Source: an uncultured delta proteobacterium
GTDB taxonomy: Bacteria; Desulfobacterota; BSN033; UBA1163
DNA: 64,000 nt
Assembly: GCA_963827685.1 (NCBI GenBank)
Contig: CAWHBU010000001.1
Coordinates: 128,001-192,000, forward strand
Direction of reading: 5' to 3'
How positions within the stretch are numbered: position 1 is the first letter of the stretch; every line of letters starts with the position of its first letter. The notes below the pieces were generated by a model. The model was not told where the DNA came from, did no database searches, and saw nothing but the letters and a program-made list of their open reading frames with translations. The position numbers and the translations under genes are program-made. Of the stretch, positions 18,889 to 29,900 are shown in pieces.

Positions 18889-19692
18889 TTAGAGCCAGCG
18901 TTTACGCCGCTTATAAGACTTCACATCTTTATACGACTTGAGCGCACCTGAGGATGCCGTGCCAAGATAAAATTCCTTCACATCTGGATTTTCCCTCAAA
19001 TTGACAGCAGCCTCTTCCATCACGATTTTACCGTTTTCCATCACATACCCATAGTGGGCGATCAGGAGGGCCATGTTGGCATTCTGTTCAACCAGCATGA
19101 TGGTGGTCTTCTGTTCTTCGTTGATCCTTTTGACAATTTCAAAAATTTCTCTGACCAGAAAAGGTGCCAAACCCAATGAGGGCTCATCCAATAATAATAG
19201 TTGGGGGTGGGCCATCAAGGCTCGACCCATAACGAGCATCTGCAATTCGCCACCACTGCAGTATCCGGCCAATCTGTTTTTCCTGGCTACCAAGGGTTGA
19301 AAGTAACGGTAGACCAACTCAAGATCTTTCTTATAGGGTTTCCCCCATCGGGTCGCTGTCCCTACTCTGAGATTTTCTTCAACGGTCAGATATTTAAAGG
19401 GTTGACGACCTTCCAGGACCTGAATGATTCCAAGGCGGGTAATGGTCTCCGGAGATGAATTATGAATCCCCTTGTTTTCATATTCAATGGAGCCTTCCGT
19501 TACCTTACCGTTCTCCGGTTTGAGCAATCCAGAGATGGCCTTTAAGGTGGTTGTTTTCCCTGCGCCGTTACTACCAAGTAATGAAACAATTTGTCCTTTT
19601 CTAATAACCAGGGAAACCCCTTTTAACACCTGGATGACATCCGAGTAAACGACGCTGATATTATTGACTTGAAGTAGGATATTATCTTCCAT
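18889..19692 (-). CDS. ABC transporter ATP-binding protein (LivF-like)
   Basis: GSNGAGKTT, SGGELQM, LLLDEPSLGLAP. Confidence 0.93.
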   Translation of the reverse strand: MEDNILLQVNNISVVYSDVIQVLKGVSLVIRKGQIVSLLGSNGAGKTTTLKAISGLLKPENGKVTEGSIEYENKGIHNSSPETITRLGIIQVLEGRQPFKYLTVEENLRVGTATRWGKPYKKDLELVYRYFQPLVARKNRLAGYCSGGELQMLVMGRALMAHPQLLLLDEPSLGLAPFLVREIFEIVKRINEEQKTTIMLVEQNANMALLIAHYGYVMENGKIVMEEAAVNLRENPDVKEFYLGTASSGALKSYKDVKSYKRRKRWL

Positions 19693-19785
19693 ATCTGCCC
19701 CGTAAGGTAGTAGGGATCGTTCCCCGAGCGAATCGGTTTTTCAGGCTATCTGTGTAATCTTTTTTTTCAATCTGTGTAATCATTT

Positions 19786-20856
19786 TTAGTATGAAAATGG
19801 CCAGAGTCTAAAGCCGGATCGGATGATGCGCCATACCTCAGCTAATCCTTTGGGTTCGAAAATAATGAATAGTACAATGGCCAACCCAAACACAAATTCC
19901 CGAAGGGGTGCGATAGTCAGCGCGATCTTGGTGAGCCCTTCAATATTCATAAAGAACTGTGTGGCTTGGCTCAGTATTTCATTTAAGGCGGTGATGAAAA
20001 TGGCACCCAACACAGCGCCGGGAATACTTCCCAGACCTCCGATGATGATCATCGCTATGTATTCGACAGAGAGGGACAACGTATAGGGCTCAGGGGTGAT
20101 GCTGCCTATATAATAAGCCGCCAGTCCTCCGGCAAACCCTGCATAGAAAGAACTGATTGCGAAGGAGAGGAGTTTATATTTGAAGATGGGAATGCCCATG
20201 CCCTCCGCAGCCCTGTCATTATCACGGATGGCAATAAAGGCACGGCCGTATCGGGTCCGTATGAGGTTGACCGCAATCCATGTCAAGACGACAAAGCAGC
20301 CAAAGATGACATAATAGAAGGCGCGATCCCCTTTTACATCGAGCCCAAAGAGAGAGGCCCGAGGCAACATAATACCCTCTGGCCCCTTGGTGAGGCTTTC
20401 CCATGAAACGAAGAGGTATTGAAGAATAAACTGACCTGCCAGAGTGGCAATGGTTAGGTAGAGGTGTTTGAGGCGGACAGATGGAATCCCAAAAACCACG
20501 CCCACGAGGGCAGTGATGACGCCTGCAGAGATAACGGAAAGCCAGAATGGAAAACCCACAGCGGTTGCAAGAATGGCCGCTGCATAGGCTCCCACACCAA
20601 AAAAAGCACCATGGCCAAGAGAGATCTGACCCGTATATCCGATGAGGATATTGAGGCCTATGGCAGCAATGGCGGCCATTCCGATGTGATTGACCACATA
20701 CAGAGTATAATGACTGCTGATGAGTGGAACGATTACAAAAAGGAGGAAAAGTCCAATCCATAACCACAGCCTACCAAAATCTGTCCCAAAGATGGTGAGC
20801 TCTTCTCCATACTGTTCATTAAATTTTCCACAAGGATGTAATTTCAGCTTTCGCAT
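19786..20856 (-). CDS. Branched-chain-type ABC permease (LivM-like)
   Basis: GLNILIGYTGQISLGHGAFFGVGAY, GRAFIAIRDN; start moved to MRKLK after GGAGGG. Confidence 0.9.
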   Translation of the reverse strand: MRKLKLHPCGKFNEQYGEELTIFGTDFGRLWLWIGLFLLFVIVPLISSHYTLYVVNHIGMAAIAAIGLNILIGYTGQISLGHGAFFGVGAYAAAILATAVGFPFWLSVISAGVITALVGVVFGIPSVRLKHLYLTIATLAGQFILQYLFVSWESLTKGPEGIMLPRASLFGLDVKGDRAFYYVIFGCFVVLTWIAVNLIRTRYGRAFIAIRDNDRAAEGMGIPIFKYKLLSFAISSFYAGFAGGLAAYYIGSITPEPYTLSLSVEYIAMIIIGGLGSIPGAVLGAIFITALNEILSQATQFFMNIEGLTKIALTIAPLREFVFGLAIVLFIIFEPKGLAEVWRIIRSGFRLWPFSY

Positions 20857-20875
20857 TCTCCCTCCAAACCCTTTA

Positions 20876-21054
20876 CGCCCCCAATAAATGACGGCGCTAC
20901 AAATCTCGTGTCCATGACTCTGTAATTTGCACAATGAACAATGAACGATGGACTATGAACTTATTGTTTATTGTTCATCGTTCTTTCATCTCCCTATCTC
21001 CCGATCACCCCCTCCTCCCCTCCCCCTTTGAAAGGGGGAGGGAAAGGGTGGGGG
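20876..21054. repeat. Repeat cluster: GTAG-REP, 7-nt periodic IR (ATGAACA)n and C/G-rich hairpin
   Basis: CGCCCCCAATAAATGACGGCGCTAC; AATGAACAATGAACGATGGACTATGAAC / TTGTTTATTGTTCATCGTTC; CTCCCCTTTGAAAGGGGGAG. Confidence 0.8.
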
Positions 21055-21933
21055 TTACACTCTCTCAATTTCTACCAGCCCAAAGAGCCCATAGGGCTTC
21101 ACCAGTAAAATGAAAACGAGAACCACATAAGGAATGACCTCCATGAGCGAGGTGGAAACGTATCCGCCTGTGAAGGTTTCGAGGATTCCTATAATAAGCC
21201 CTCCGATGATGGCTCCCCCAATACTTTCCAGTCCTCCCAAGATGACGACTGGGAAGACCTTGAGTCCCAAGACACTGATATCATGGACATTGATCCCGTT
21301 CATGATCCCCAGAATGATCCCACTGATGGCACAGACCAGGGCAGCAATGGCCCAAGACATCGCAAAAACTCTTCTCACATGAACCCCCAAGGAGAGAGCG
21401 GCAGGTTGATTATCGGCCACCGACCTCATATAAATTCCTTGAGAGGAATATTTAAAAAAGAATCCGAAGATCGATAGGAAAATGACACCGATGATAAAGG
21501 ACGCCACATAGACAGGAGGGATATTAATGGCTCCCCATTTAATGGTAAGGCCCGCTGGAAGGAAGTCCGGATAATTAAATAAATTACCTCCGAAGATGAC
21601 CAGCAATAAACCTTTGAACATGGCCGCCAGTCCGACGGTCAGCATAATTACTTCAATGAGGGCCTCGCCGATCAAGGGACGGAGAAATAGGCGTTCGATG
21701 ACAAATCCCATAGCGAACGTTCCCACCAGCGTCAGTAAAAAGGAGAGGTAGATGGGTAAATTCCACTTTACGGAAAAGGCCAGAAAAATGAAGGCCCCTA
21801 TTGCCAGCAATTCTCCGTGGGCGAAATTGAGCACGCTCGAGGACTTAAAAATCATGACAAAGCCCAGGGCCGCGAGGGCGTATAAAAAGCCAATAGATAA
21901 CCCCTGAACTAAAAGTTGAAGAAAGAATTCCAT
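21055..21933 (-). CDS. Branched-chain-type ABC permease (LivH-like)
   Basis: YALAALGFVMIFKSSSVLNFAHGE, VILGGLESIGG, KPYGLFG. Confidence 0.92.
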   Translation of the reverse strand: MEFFLQLLVQGLSIGFLYALAALGFVMIFKSSSVLNFAHGELLAIGAFIFLAFSVKWNLPIYLSFLLTLVGTFAMGFVIERLFLRPLIGEALIEVIMLTVGLAAMFKGLLLVIFGGNLFNYPDFLPAGLTIKWGAINIPPVYVASFIIGVIFLSIFGFFFKYSSQGIYMRSVADNQPAALSLGVHVRRVFAMSWAIAALVCAISGIILGIMNGINVHDISVLGLKVFPVVILGGLESIGGAIIGGLIIGILETFTGGYVSTSLMEVIPYVVLVFILLVKPYGLFGLVEIERV

Positions 21934-22007
21934 AAAAAGGAAACCCCCCTTCTAAAAATCATTGAAAGTTGCAAAATAGAAACTTGGCAATGGGTCATGA
22001 CGGGTTC

Positions 22008-22200
22008 GTCACCCTCGAATCCCGCTTAGGCGGGAAAAATCCCCCTCAATCCCCCTTTTGCCTGTCTTTGACAGGAAAAAGATTACAAAGGGGGAGCTTA
22101 CTCCTCCCTTTCGTAAAGGGAGGCGCCGCCGTCCAGAGCCTCGATACTCACGCAAGCGAGGTAGTGGGACTCTGGCGCCGGACGGTGGGGAGGGATTTGA
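22008..22200. repeat. Composite C/G-rich hairpin repeats
   Basis: TCCCGCTTAGGCGGGA, AATCCCCCTCAATCCCCCTTT...AAAGGGGGAG, CTCCCTTTCGTAAAGGGAG, nested GGCGCC..GTCCAGAG..CTCTGGCGCC. Confidence 0.7.
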
Positions 22201-22251
22201 GAAAGCTATTTTCTGAGCAATTTAGATTTTACATTTTGCATTGATACTTTC

Positions 22252-24198
22252 TTACTCGACCCTTAGGATCTTGACCTTGGTTTCAATCGTTCCCACCTGC
22301 CCGTCCCGGTACCTCACTTTGCCCGTCACCTCTAATTCATTCTGGTCGCTATACATCGCCTCGATCAATTTGATGTACTGTTCATAAACGAACTTTCTAC
22401 GTACCTTTCCAGTTCTTGTCAGCTCCTCGTCATCAGCGTCGAGGAGCTTATAGAGCAAAATAATTCTCTTAAGCCTCATTGGCTTTGGCAGTTGAGTATT
22501 CACATGGCGGATTTCGCCAAGAATCAGCTCTCCAACAGGAGGTTGCTGAGAGAGATCAGTATAGGTCGTATAGGGAATCATTCGGTCCTCTGCCCAACTA
22601 CCCACATTCCCAAAATCAATGTTGATGAAACCTGTGATGTAGTCACGACCTTCACCCCAGACGACAGCTTCTTTGATATAGGGACTGAATTTTAGCCTCG
22701 TTTCAATAAAGTCCGAGGAAATAGCTTCGCCCCCTTTGGTGCGCATGATCTCTTCTTTCCGCCCGATAATCAATAGGTGACCATCATCATCGATATAGCC
22801 TGCGTCACCGGTATGAAGCCAACCATCGCGAAGCGCTTTATTCGTCGCCTCCGGATCTTGGTAATAACCGACAAAGCAGGAGGGTGTTCTGACAAGTACC
22901 TCCTGATCTTCTGCTATCTTGACCTCTGTCCTGGGTAAGGGTTTGCCAACGGACTCTGGTTTGACCTCTTTATCCGGTTGAACCTGAAAGACCCCTCCCC
23001 CTTCGGTGAGACCGTAAGCATGCTTTAGATTTAATCCCTTTGCACGAAAGAATCGTATGACATCTGGGCTAATGGGATGCCCTCCTGTAATCGCAGCACG
23101 AATTTGTGAGCAGCCCACTCGATCCAACAGGGGACGATAGACGACCCTTGCGAATATTTTATGAAGTACTTGTACGGGGGTAGGGACGGGTTCTTTTTTA
23201 GACTCGTGATCGACCAGAGCCCCTCCAATCTTTTCACCCAAGACAAAAAGTTTACGTTTCACCCAACCCGCATCGGCGATCTTCACTCTAATTTTAGAGG
23301 CGAGGTCTTCCCAGAACCGCGAGGAGGTGATGATGACGACCGGTCCAATTTCTCGAAAATCTTCCGTTATGGTCTCTAACGTTTCAGGGAAATTCATGGT
23401 CATCCCTGTGAGGGGTGATACGCCTACTCCCCACATCTGGTCTACGATCCACGCGGTTGGGGTGATGGAAATCCAATTGTCTCCCGGACCAATCGGAGCG
23501 GTCTCAACCCATTTCCTTGCGATTTCGGTGAAACTCCGATGGGAAATCATCGCTAATTTGGGAATGCCCGTGGTTCCGGAGGTCATGATCATTAAAGCGA
23601 CTTCATCCGGTTTTCCTTTCCACAATTCTTCTTCAAAAAGATTGGGCTGTTCTTGGTCCAACTTCGCACCGAGATCTAAGAGCTCCTTGAAGCTTATCAG
23701 CCAGGGATTATTGGTATAAGTTCTCATGCCTGTTTGATCAACATAAATAACCCTCCGAACATGAGGCAGTTGTTCTTTCATCTCTAATAATTTATCTACC
23801 TGCTCTTGGTCTTGAGCGACCACAAAGACAGCTTGAATGCGATTCAACATGACTGTCAGTTCTTTTGCAGTCGAAGAGGTAAACAGATTGACTGTAATAG
23901 CACCCAATGCCTGAGCACCTATCTCGGCAAAAAGCCACTCCGGATGGTTGTCTGTGATGATCCCAATGTTTTCACCCCGTTTGAGACCAAGAGCCTTGAG
24001 CCCCAAAGCCACATTCTTCGTATAACGAAAGTAATCCAGCCAATTATAGGAGAGCCAAATCCCATACATCTTTTCGCGAATGGCGATTTTCTTCGTCCCC
24101 ATCTCTTTTGCCTGTTTCAACAGTATCTGGGGCAACGTATATTGGCACAGTTGGGATATGGCTTCTTGGTCGAGACGTTCTACTTTTCTGACCCCCAT
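22252..24198 (-). CDS. Long-chain fatty acid-CoA ligase
   Basis: MTSGTTGIPK, YGLTEG, WLHTGDAG, ELTRTGKVRR. Confidence 0.92.
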   Translation of the reverse strand: MGVRKVERLDQEAISQLCQYTLPQILLKQAKEMGTKKIAIREKMYGIWLSYNWLDYFRYTKNVALGLKALGLKRGENIGIITDNHPEWLFAEIGAQALGAITVNLFTSSTAKELTVMLNRIQAVFVVAQDQEQVDKLLEMKEQLPHVRRVIYVDQTGMRTYTNNPWLISFKELLDLGAKLDQEQPNLFEEELWKGKPDEVALMIMTSGTTGIPKLAMISHRSFTEIARKWVETAPIGPGDNWISITPTAWIVDQMWGVGVSPLTGMTMNFPETLETITEDFREIGPVVIITSSRFWEDLASKIRVKIADAGWVKRKLFVLGEKIGGALVDHESKKEPVPTPVQVLHKIFARVVYRPLLDRVGCSQIRAAITGGHPISPDVIRFFRAKGLNLKHAYGLTEGGGVFQVQPDKEVKPESVGKPLPRTEVKIAEDQEVLVRTPSCFVGYYQDPEATNKALRDGWLHTGDAGYIDDDGHLLIIGRKEEIMRTKGGEAISSDFIETRLKFSPYIKEAVVWGEGRDYITGFINIDFGNVGSWAEDRMIPYTTYTDLSQQPPVGELILGEIRHVNTQLPKPMRLKRIILLYKLLDADDEELTRTGKVRRKFVYEQYIKLIEAMYSDQNELEVTGKVRYRDGQVGTIETKVKILRVE

Positions 24199-24209
24199 AG
24201 ACGCTTCTC

Positions 24210-24294
24210 TCCGCGATTGGAATAGTGGAATGTTGGAACATTAGGTCAATGGGTTTTGACCATGATTCCATCATTCCATCATTCCGCCATTCCG
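24210..24294. repeat. Inverted-repeat element with 8-nt periodic arms (TGGAATRN)n...(CATTCCAT)n
   Basis: TTGGAATAGTGGAATGTTGGAAC ... ATTCCATCATTCCATCATTCCGCCATTCCG; TCCG at both ends. Confidence 0.85.
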
Positions 24295-25137
24295 TCAAAA
24301 TCTTGTGGCATCACCCAGATAGGCCTTGATGACCTCGGGGTGATTTTGGATGACTTCCGGGGTACCCTCTGCGATCTTTTCCCCGAAATTCAAAACCATA
24401 ATTCGTTGTGAAACACTCATGACAACGGACATATCATGTTCCACCAGGATGATGGTCTGACCCCATGCCGAGTTTAACTCCAGCAAAAAACGAACCATAT
24501 CTTCCTTTTCCTCAAGGGTCATTCCGGCAAAGGGTTCATCAAGCACTAAAAGTTTTGGTTCCAAGGCTAAAGCCCGGCCCAGCTCAACCCTCTTTCTCAT
24601 CCCATACGGCAAGGAGCCCACCGGTTTTTTTCGGATCGACTGCATTTCCAGAAAGTCGATCAATTCTTCCAAAACCTGACGGTGTCGAACTTCTTCCTTT
24701 CGAACGGATGAGGAAAAGATGGAGGCTTTTCCAATTCCATAATTGCAATAAAGATGACGAGCCAAAAGCATATTCGCCAATACGGTGATCCCCGGAAAGA
24801 GCTCAATATTCTGGAATGTCCTTCCAATCCCTTTCTTCGTGATCTCATGGGGGTGATGACCTGTAATCTCTTCACCGTTGAAAAGGATCTGTCCTTTTTG
24901 TGGATGGTAATAACCTGTAATACAGTTCATGAGGCTTGTCTTTCCAGCACCATTCGGCCCGATGACGCTGACCAATTCCCCCGTGTGAACGTTGAGATCC
25001 ACATCATGGAGTGCCATCACACCCCCGAAATTCAAAAACACTCTTTTCACCTCCAACTCAGCCTGTCGTTTCTCAGGCTGAGTGGAGGCATAGATACTGG
25101 GTTGACCTCGAAATGCCTTCATCGATTTTCCCTTCAA
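24295..25137 (-). CDS. ABC transporter ATP-binding protein (LivG-like)
   Basis: GPNGAGKTS, RTFQNIELF, LPYG, LDEP. Confidence 0.92.
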   Translation of the reverse strand: MKGKSMKAFRGQPSIYASTQPEKRQAELEVKRVFLNFGGVMALHDVDLNVHTGELVSVIGPNGAGKTSLMNCITGYYHPQKGQILFNGEEITGHHPHEITKKGIGRTFQNIELFPGITVLANMLLARHLYCNYGIGKASIFSSSVRKEEVRHRQVLEELIDFLEMQSIRKKPVGSLPYGMRKRVELGRALALEPKLLVLDEPFAGMTLEEKEDMVRFLLELNSAWGQTIILVEHDMSVVMSVSQRIMVLNFGEKIAEGTPEVIQNHPEVIKAYLGDATRF

Positions 25138-25147
25138 CGTTTAATCG

Positions 25148-26356
25148 TTACATTTTAGGAGCCATCAACACCTGAACTTTCTCTTTTCCGGGAACATAGA
25201 AATTTGTCATTGGAGCATAGGTCGCATCCTCGTTAATTTTTACGATCCTTCCTTTAAAAGAACCCTCATGGTTATCCTTCGTGTAGGTCACATAAGGGAC
25301 AAGACCTCCAAAATCCTCATTTTTAAAGGTCTCCATGGCTTTATTGATATTCTCCGCATTGATGGTTTTGTATAAACCGGCAGCCCGGTGAGCGGCTCTC
25401 TCCTCGATCATGGCCACGACCACCCCTTCCCAGTAAGAGGTTTCGAACTTATCCACGGTCTTGTACCTCGTCCACAACTTCTGAAGGATCTCAATCCCAA
25501 ATGTCTTATCCTGTGGGAGCACTCCACAGAACTGCATAAAGACTCGATTCCGTATCAATCCTTTTCCGAGCTTAAAAAAGTCGGGGTCGGTGGAGGTCCA
25601 GGTTCCAAAGAAAGGAACTTTGTAATCAACCTTGTCGGCTGCTTTGAGGGCCGTGATAATCGCAGCAGGAAGGATTTGCATAAAAACATACTCTGCCCCC
25701 TTAGACTTTAGACGGAGCATTTCTGTGGTCAGATCGACCGTTGCGGGTGGGAATTCTTCAATGGTGACGATATTGATATTATTTTTCGCGGCATATTCCT
25801 TGCTCGGATCATGAATGGACCTTCCATAAACATTGTTATAAGTGAGAAGTCCTACCTTAGGAGCATTCTTCCCTTTATGGATGGATTTTATGTACTCGAG
25901 GACGGCATAGGAATCCAGTACGTAACTCCCGAAGGGGAGATACATATAATCGATCGGAGGTTTGAGAATGCCTTGATAAGTAGAGTAGTTTATGGTGGGT
26001 ATTTTATACTCTTGGATGATAGGTTTGATCTGGATTCCTGTACCGGCGTCCCATGTAGCGATCATATCTTTCTTTTCCTCGCAGAACTTTTTTACGAATT
26101 TAACACCCTCAGGGACTTTGTAGGCATGATCGACAATTTCTAACTCGATCTTTCTCCCCACAATTCCGCCTTTTACATCATTCACATAGTTGACATAATC
26201 CCGATGGCCTTTGGCATGGAACTGACCCCACGTCGAGGCCGGACCGGTGAGATTGATGACCGCTCCCACTCTTATGGGTTGAGCCACACCATTCACCGCC
26301 AAACCAATACAAATCATTCCTAAAATAATGGTTACTATGGATATGTAGCGTATCAT
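25148..26356 (-). CDS. ABC transporter substrate-binding protein (LivK/PBP1 type)
   Basis: Signal peptide, NLTGPAS, GGIVGRKIELEIVDHAYK; first gene of the operon. Confidence 0.9.
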   Translation of the reverse strand: MIRYISIVTIILGMICIGLAVNGVAQPIRVGAVINLTGPASTWGQFHAKGHRDYVNYVNDVKGGIVGRKIELEIVDHAYKVPEGVKFVKKFCEEKKDMIATWDAGTGIQIKPIIQEYKIPTINYSTYQGILKPPIDYMYLPFGSYVLDSYAVLEYIKSIHKGKNAPKVGLLTYNNVYGRSIHDPSKEYAAKNNINIVTIEEFPPATVDLTTEMLRLKSKGAEYVFMQILPAAIITALKAADKVDYKVPFFGTWTSTDPDFFKLGKGLIRNRVFMQFCGVLPQDKTFGIEILQKLWTRYKTVDKFETSYWEGVVVAMIEERAAHRAAGLYKTINAENINKAMETFKNEDFGGLVPYVTYTKDNHEGSFKGRIVKINEDATYAPMTNFYVPGKEKVQVLMAPKM

Positions 26357-26496
26357 TTTTTTCTCCTTTTTAAGTTTTGGGTTTTACACCCGTTCTTCTA
26401 AAAAATCTTCTTGGTTAATGTCCCTCCCACCGCTGATCATCTCGTCATCGCCCTCCTCACCCCACCTCCTTTCCCTAAAGTGTTACTACCAGCAAC

Positions 26497-26577
26497 GAGA
26501 TCGCCACGCTTGCGCGCCCTGCCTTCGTCCCGCAAGGCGGGGCTTCGCGCAGGCACGCTCTTCAGGCTCACAATGAC
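26497..26577. repeat. GAGAT..CCACG...CAATGAC repeat with nested CCTGCC-type hairpin
   Basis: GAGATCGCCACG...CCTGCCTTCGTCCCGCAAGGCGGGGCTTCGCGCAGGC...GCTCACAATGAC. Confidence 0.6.
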
Positions 26578-26683
26578 CATCTATTAAGAAAGAAAAGATT
26601 ATTTATATTTAAACGGGAACAATAGGAGTGAAACCCTAATGCAAGGATTAGTCTATACTTATAGAAATTTTTTGCAAGCAAAA

Positions 26684-26717
26684 AATTTTTCGCCCAGTAA
26701 TCCCTCAGTGATGGGCG
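26684..26717 (-). terminator. Hairpin downstream of the probable 6S RNA
   Basis: CGCCCAGTAAT-ccctc-AGTGATGGGCG stem flanked by an A/T run. Confidence 0.45.
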
Positions 26718-26724
26718 GAGATCC

Positions 26725-26900
26725 TATGCCCAGGATCGGGATGGTCTCTCCGGAGAAAACTTGAAGCGCCACATTTGAGCGATGAGCCAAGGTGCAGATA
26801 CCCTTAAAACGCCCCCTTCGGCACCACCCGCCGATTCCCCTCTCTCTAATGATCCGCCTTTAAAGGTTTCGGAGGGGAGACCACCCCGATCTAACCACAC
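26725..26900 (-). ncRNA. ssrS: Probable 6S RNA
   Basis: About 160-175 nt rod closed by GATCGGGGTGGTCTC/GAGACCATCCCGATC, with internal ATCATT...TGCCGA...CTTGGCTC...TGTGGCGCTTC segments that I recall from 6S-type RNAs; no credible ORF. Confidence 0.6.
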
Positions 26901-26970
26901 CCGAGACGGAGGGGTTACTTCACCTATGCTTTCTCTCCCCATTCAAGGGAGGGAGCGAAAGGGAGGCGGG

Positions 26971-29900
26971 CTAATTCAACCGGACCGAGACGACCTTCGA
27001 TACCCCGGGGGTCTCCATCGTAATCCCGTAGAGAGTATGAGCGGCCTCCATTGTATTCTTGTTGTGGGTGATCATGATAAACTGAGAGGTTTTTGAGAAT
27101 TCTTTGACCAATTCGATAAATCGATTGATGTTCGCATCATCCAGAGGTGCATCGACCTCATCAAGCAAACAGAAGGGCGTGGGTTTGATCATGAAGAGGC
27201 CGAAGAGCAAGGCTGTGGCCACTAAAGCTTTCTCTCCTCCAGAGAGGAGGTCGATATTCTGAAGCTTCTTTCCAGCGGGTTGGGCGATGATATCGATCCC
27301 TGTTGTGGCGGGGTCTTGTTCATCCAACATGATAAGGCTGGCCTGTCCCCCTTTAAACAGCCTCGTAAAAACCTCTTTAAATTTTTCATTGACCAAATGG
27401 AAGGCCTCCAAAAACCGCTTCGTCGTCGTCCGATTGATCCGGAGGATCGCCTTTTTTAAGGAATCGAGGGCTTGATGAAGGTCGGCCTGTTGTTCTGACA
27501 GGAAATCGTGCCGTTGTTTCAACTCCTGATATTCCTCAATGGCCATCAGGTTGACTTCTCCAAATCCTTCCAGGGAACTTTTTAACTCTCCCAACCGTCT
27601 TGACATCTCCTCCTTTGGGGATTCCTCAAGGGAAGCTCCTATCGAGGTGGAAAGGGTAGCCCCGTATCGTTCCTTCATCGACTCCTGAAGGTGAGAGAGT
27701 TTCAATTGAACCTCTGAGGCCAGAATCTCTTCCTCATGAATCTTCTGCCTTACCTCCTCCAACTCCCGACGCAGATATTTGGAGGAGGCTTCCACTTCTT
27801 TCCACTCGCTAAAGAGAGTTTCGACCTTCTCTTTTTGAGTGGCGAGTAATTCTTCTTTATGACGATGTTGTTGAAGGCCGCTTTCTAACTCCCCTTCCCA
27901 TTGTTGGATTTTTTCACGAAGGGAAATGGCTTCTCCCCGGCATTCCCTGATCCCCTTCACTTTTTTGAAGATCTGTTCTCTTAAAGTCCTTTGAGTTTCT
28001 GAGAGATTTTGGATTCGACCTTCGAGCCCTTTCTGCTTCTCCTCGATAGACGCCAGAATGACCTTTTTCTCAGTGATTTTTCCTCCCAATTCTTCTGTCC
28101 CTTCTCTAACTTCCTCCACCTTCTTCTTCCATGACTGGACTTGTTCCTCTCTCTCCTTTTTCGCAGCTTCCTCTGTCTCCGTTTGAGCAGAAACCTCCTC
28201 TTTCTCTTTCTCTAAATCTTGATTCTCCTCTTCGAGTTGCTTCTGTTCAAATTGGATGACCTCCATCTTCTGATGGAATTGGGAGATCTCCTTTTTCAAC
28301 CCTTCCAAATCTCTATCTTGATGGAGAAGCTCGATCTCCTTCTCCTGAATCTCCTTTCTTCTCCCCTCCAGCTGGTCTTCCCTCTCGCTGATCTCCTTTT
28401 GGAGGCGTTCTTCTTCCTCGTAGGCTTTTCGACATTCTTCCTCTAATTCTTTGACTCTCTGTTCTAAACCTCTTATCTCCCTTCGCCTCTCTAAAAGGCC
28501 GAGCCCTTGATCCCGGCTTCCTCCGGAGATCACTCCGGAGCTCTGCAGGATATCCCCTTCCAGGGTGACGAGGGTTCCAAACCCTCCGCCATTCTTCATC
28601 CAATGGAGTGCCTCCTCCCAGCGTTCGACGACCCCAACATCTCCGATCAGGAATTGTGCAATCGGGTCAAAGCCTTCTTTTACCTTGACGAAGCGAGAAA
28701 GAGGATAGGGCTTTCCTTCCTCTTGAGAGACTCGATTTTCTGTCCCGATCCCTTGAACCCCCCTGGGAATAAAACTCCCCCGCCCGAGTGACTCCCTCTT
28801 AAGAAAGGCCATTGCCTCCATGCCTTCCTTCTCTCCTTCCACAATCAAATACTGCAATCGCTGTCCCAAAACAGCTTCGAGAGGAATCTCATATTTCGGT
28901 TCTGGTTCCAGGATGTCCGCCACGGCTCCTAACATCCCCTTCCACGTCTCCTGCTCCTCTTTCTTTCGCAGGAGAAGTGACCTTACCCCTTTCTCATATC
29001 CCTCATAATTCTCTTGAAGCTCTTTGAGGGAGTGGTAGCGAGAACGGTCCTGTCTCAAGGTCTCCTCCAAGACAGAACGCTCTGCTTGCCTTAGACGCAA
29101 AACTTCTTTTAACCCCTCGATCTCTCCTTCCCATCGAACCTTTTCTTCCTGATAGATCGATTGGACGGAAAGGACGTGTTCTCTCTCCTTTATTTTTTCT
29201 GAGGTAGCCTCTTCCAATTGTTTGAGCTTCCGGTTCACTTCTTCAGATTCTTCATCATTGGAGCGAATTCGTTTCTGAAGATCTTCTTTCCTCTCCTCAA
29301 GGTGGGCGAGGCGGTTTTTGAGAGAGGTCAGTTGTGTGAGCGTGTCGATCAACTTCCCCTTCTCCGCTTCCAATTCATCTGAGAGCTCTTGGTGCGTTGC
29401 CCTAAAATCGCCAAAAACGATTTCCAGTTCTTTCAAAATTTCTTCGTTCTCATGGCGTTCTTCTTCCAGATCCCTCTGAACCTGTTCCATTCTTTTTCGT
29501 TCTTTTCTCGTGTCCCTCCAGGCCCTGAGGGATTCTCTGACCTCCTCAACAAATTGACTCTCTTGTTTTTGAAAGCCTCCTTCTTCTCTTCTGAAAAATT
29601 CTATTTCGCTTTCCGTCTTTTGAATTTTTCTACCCAGTTCAAAAATTTCCTGCTGGAGGTTCCGGAGCCTTTCCTCTTCCTCCATTCCCTTCAGCCTCTT
29701 GGTTTCGACGAAGGCCTCCTTCTGAGCGTTTTGGGTAGAAATCTCCATCTCTCGGTCTCGAAGGGCTTTAAGATAACCTCTTGCCGCCTCCCCCTTCTCC
29801 GAAAGCTCGGCGTATTCTTGGAGGGCAAAACGGATTTCGATTTCCTTGACCTCTTTCCGGATGGCCTTATACTCCTCTGCCCGCTTCACCTGCCGTTCCA

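Noticed and set aside
26782-27096. Small ORFs over the structured region after smc
   Set aside because: Pro/Gly-rich translations of hairpins; an RNA explains the region better.
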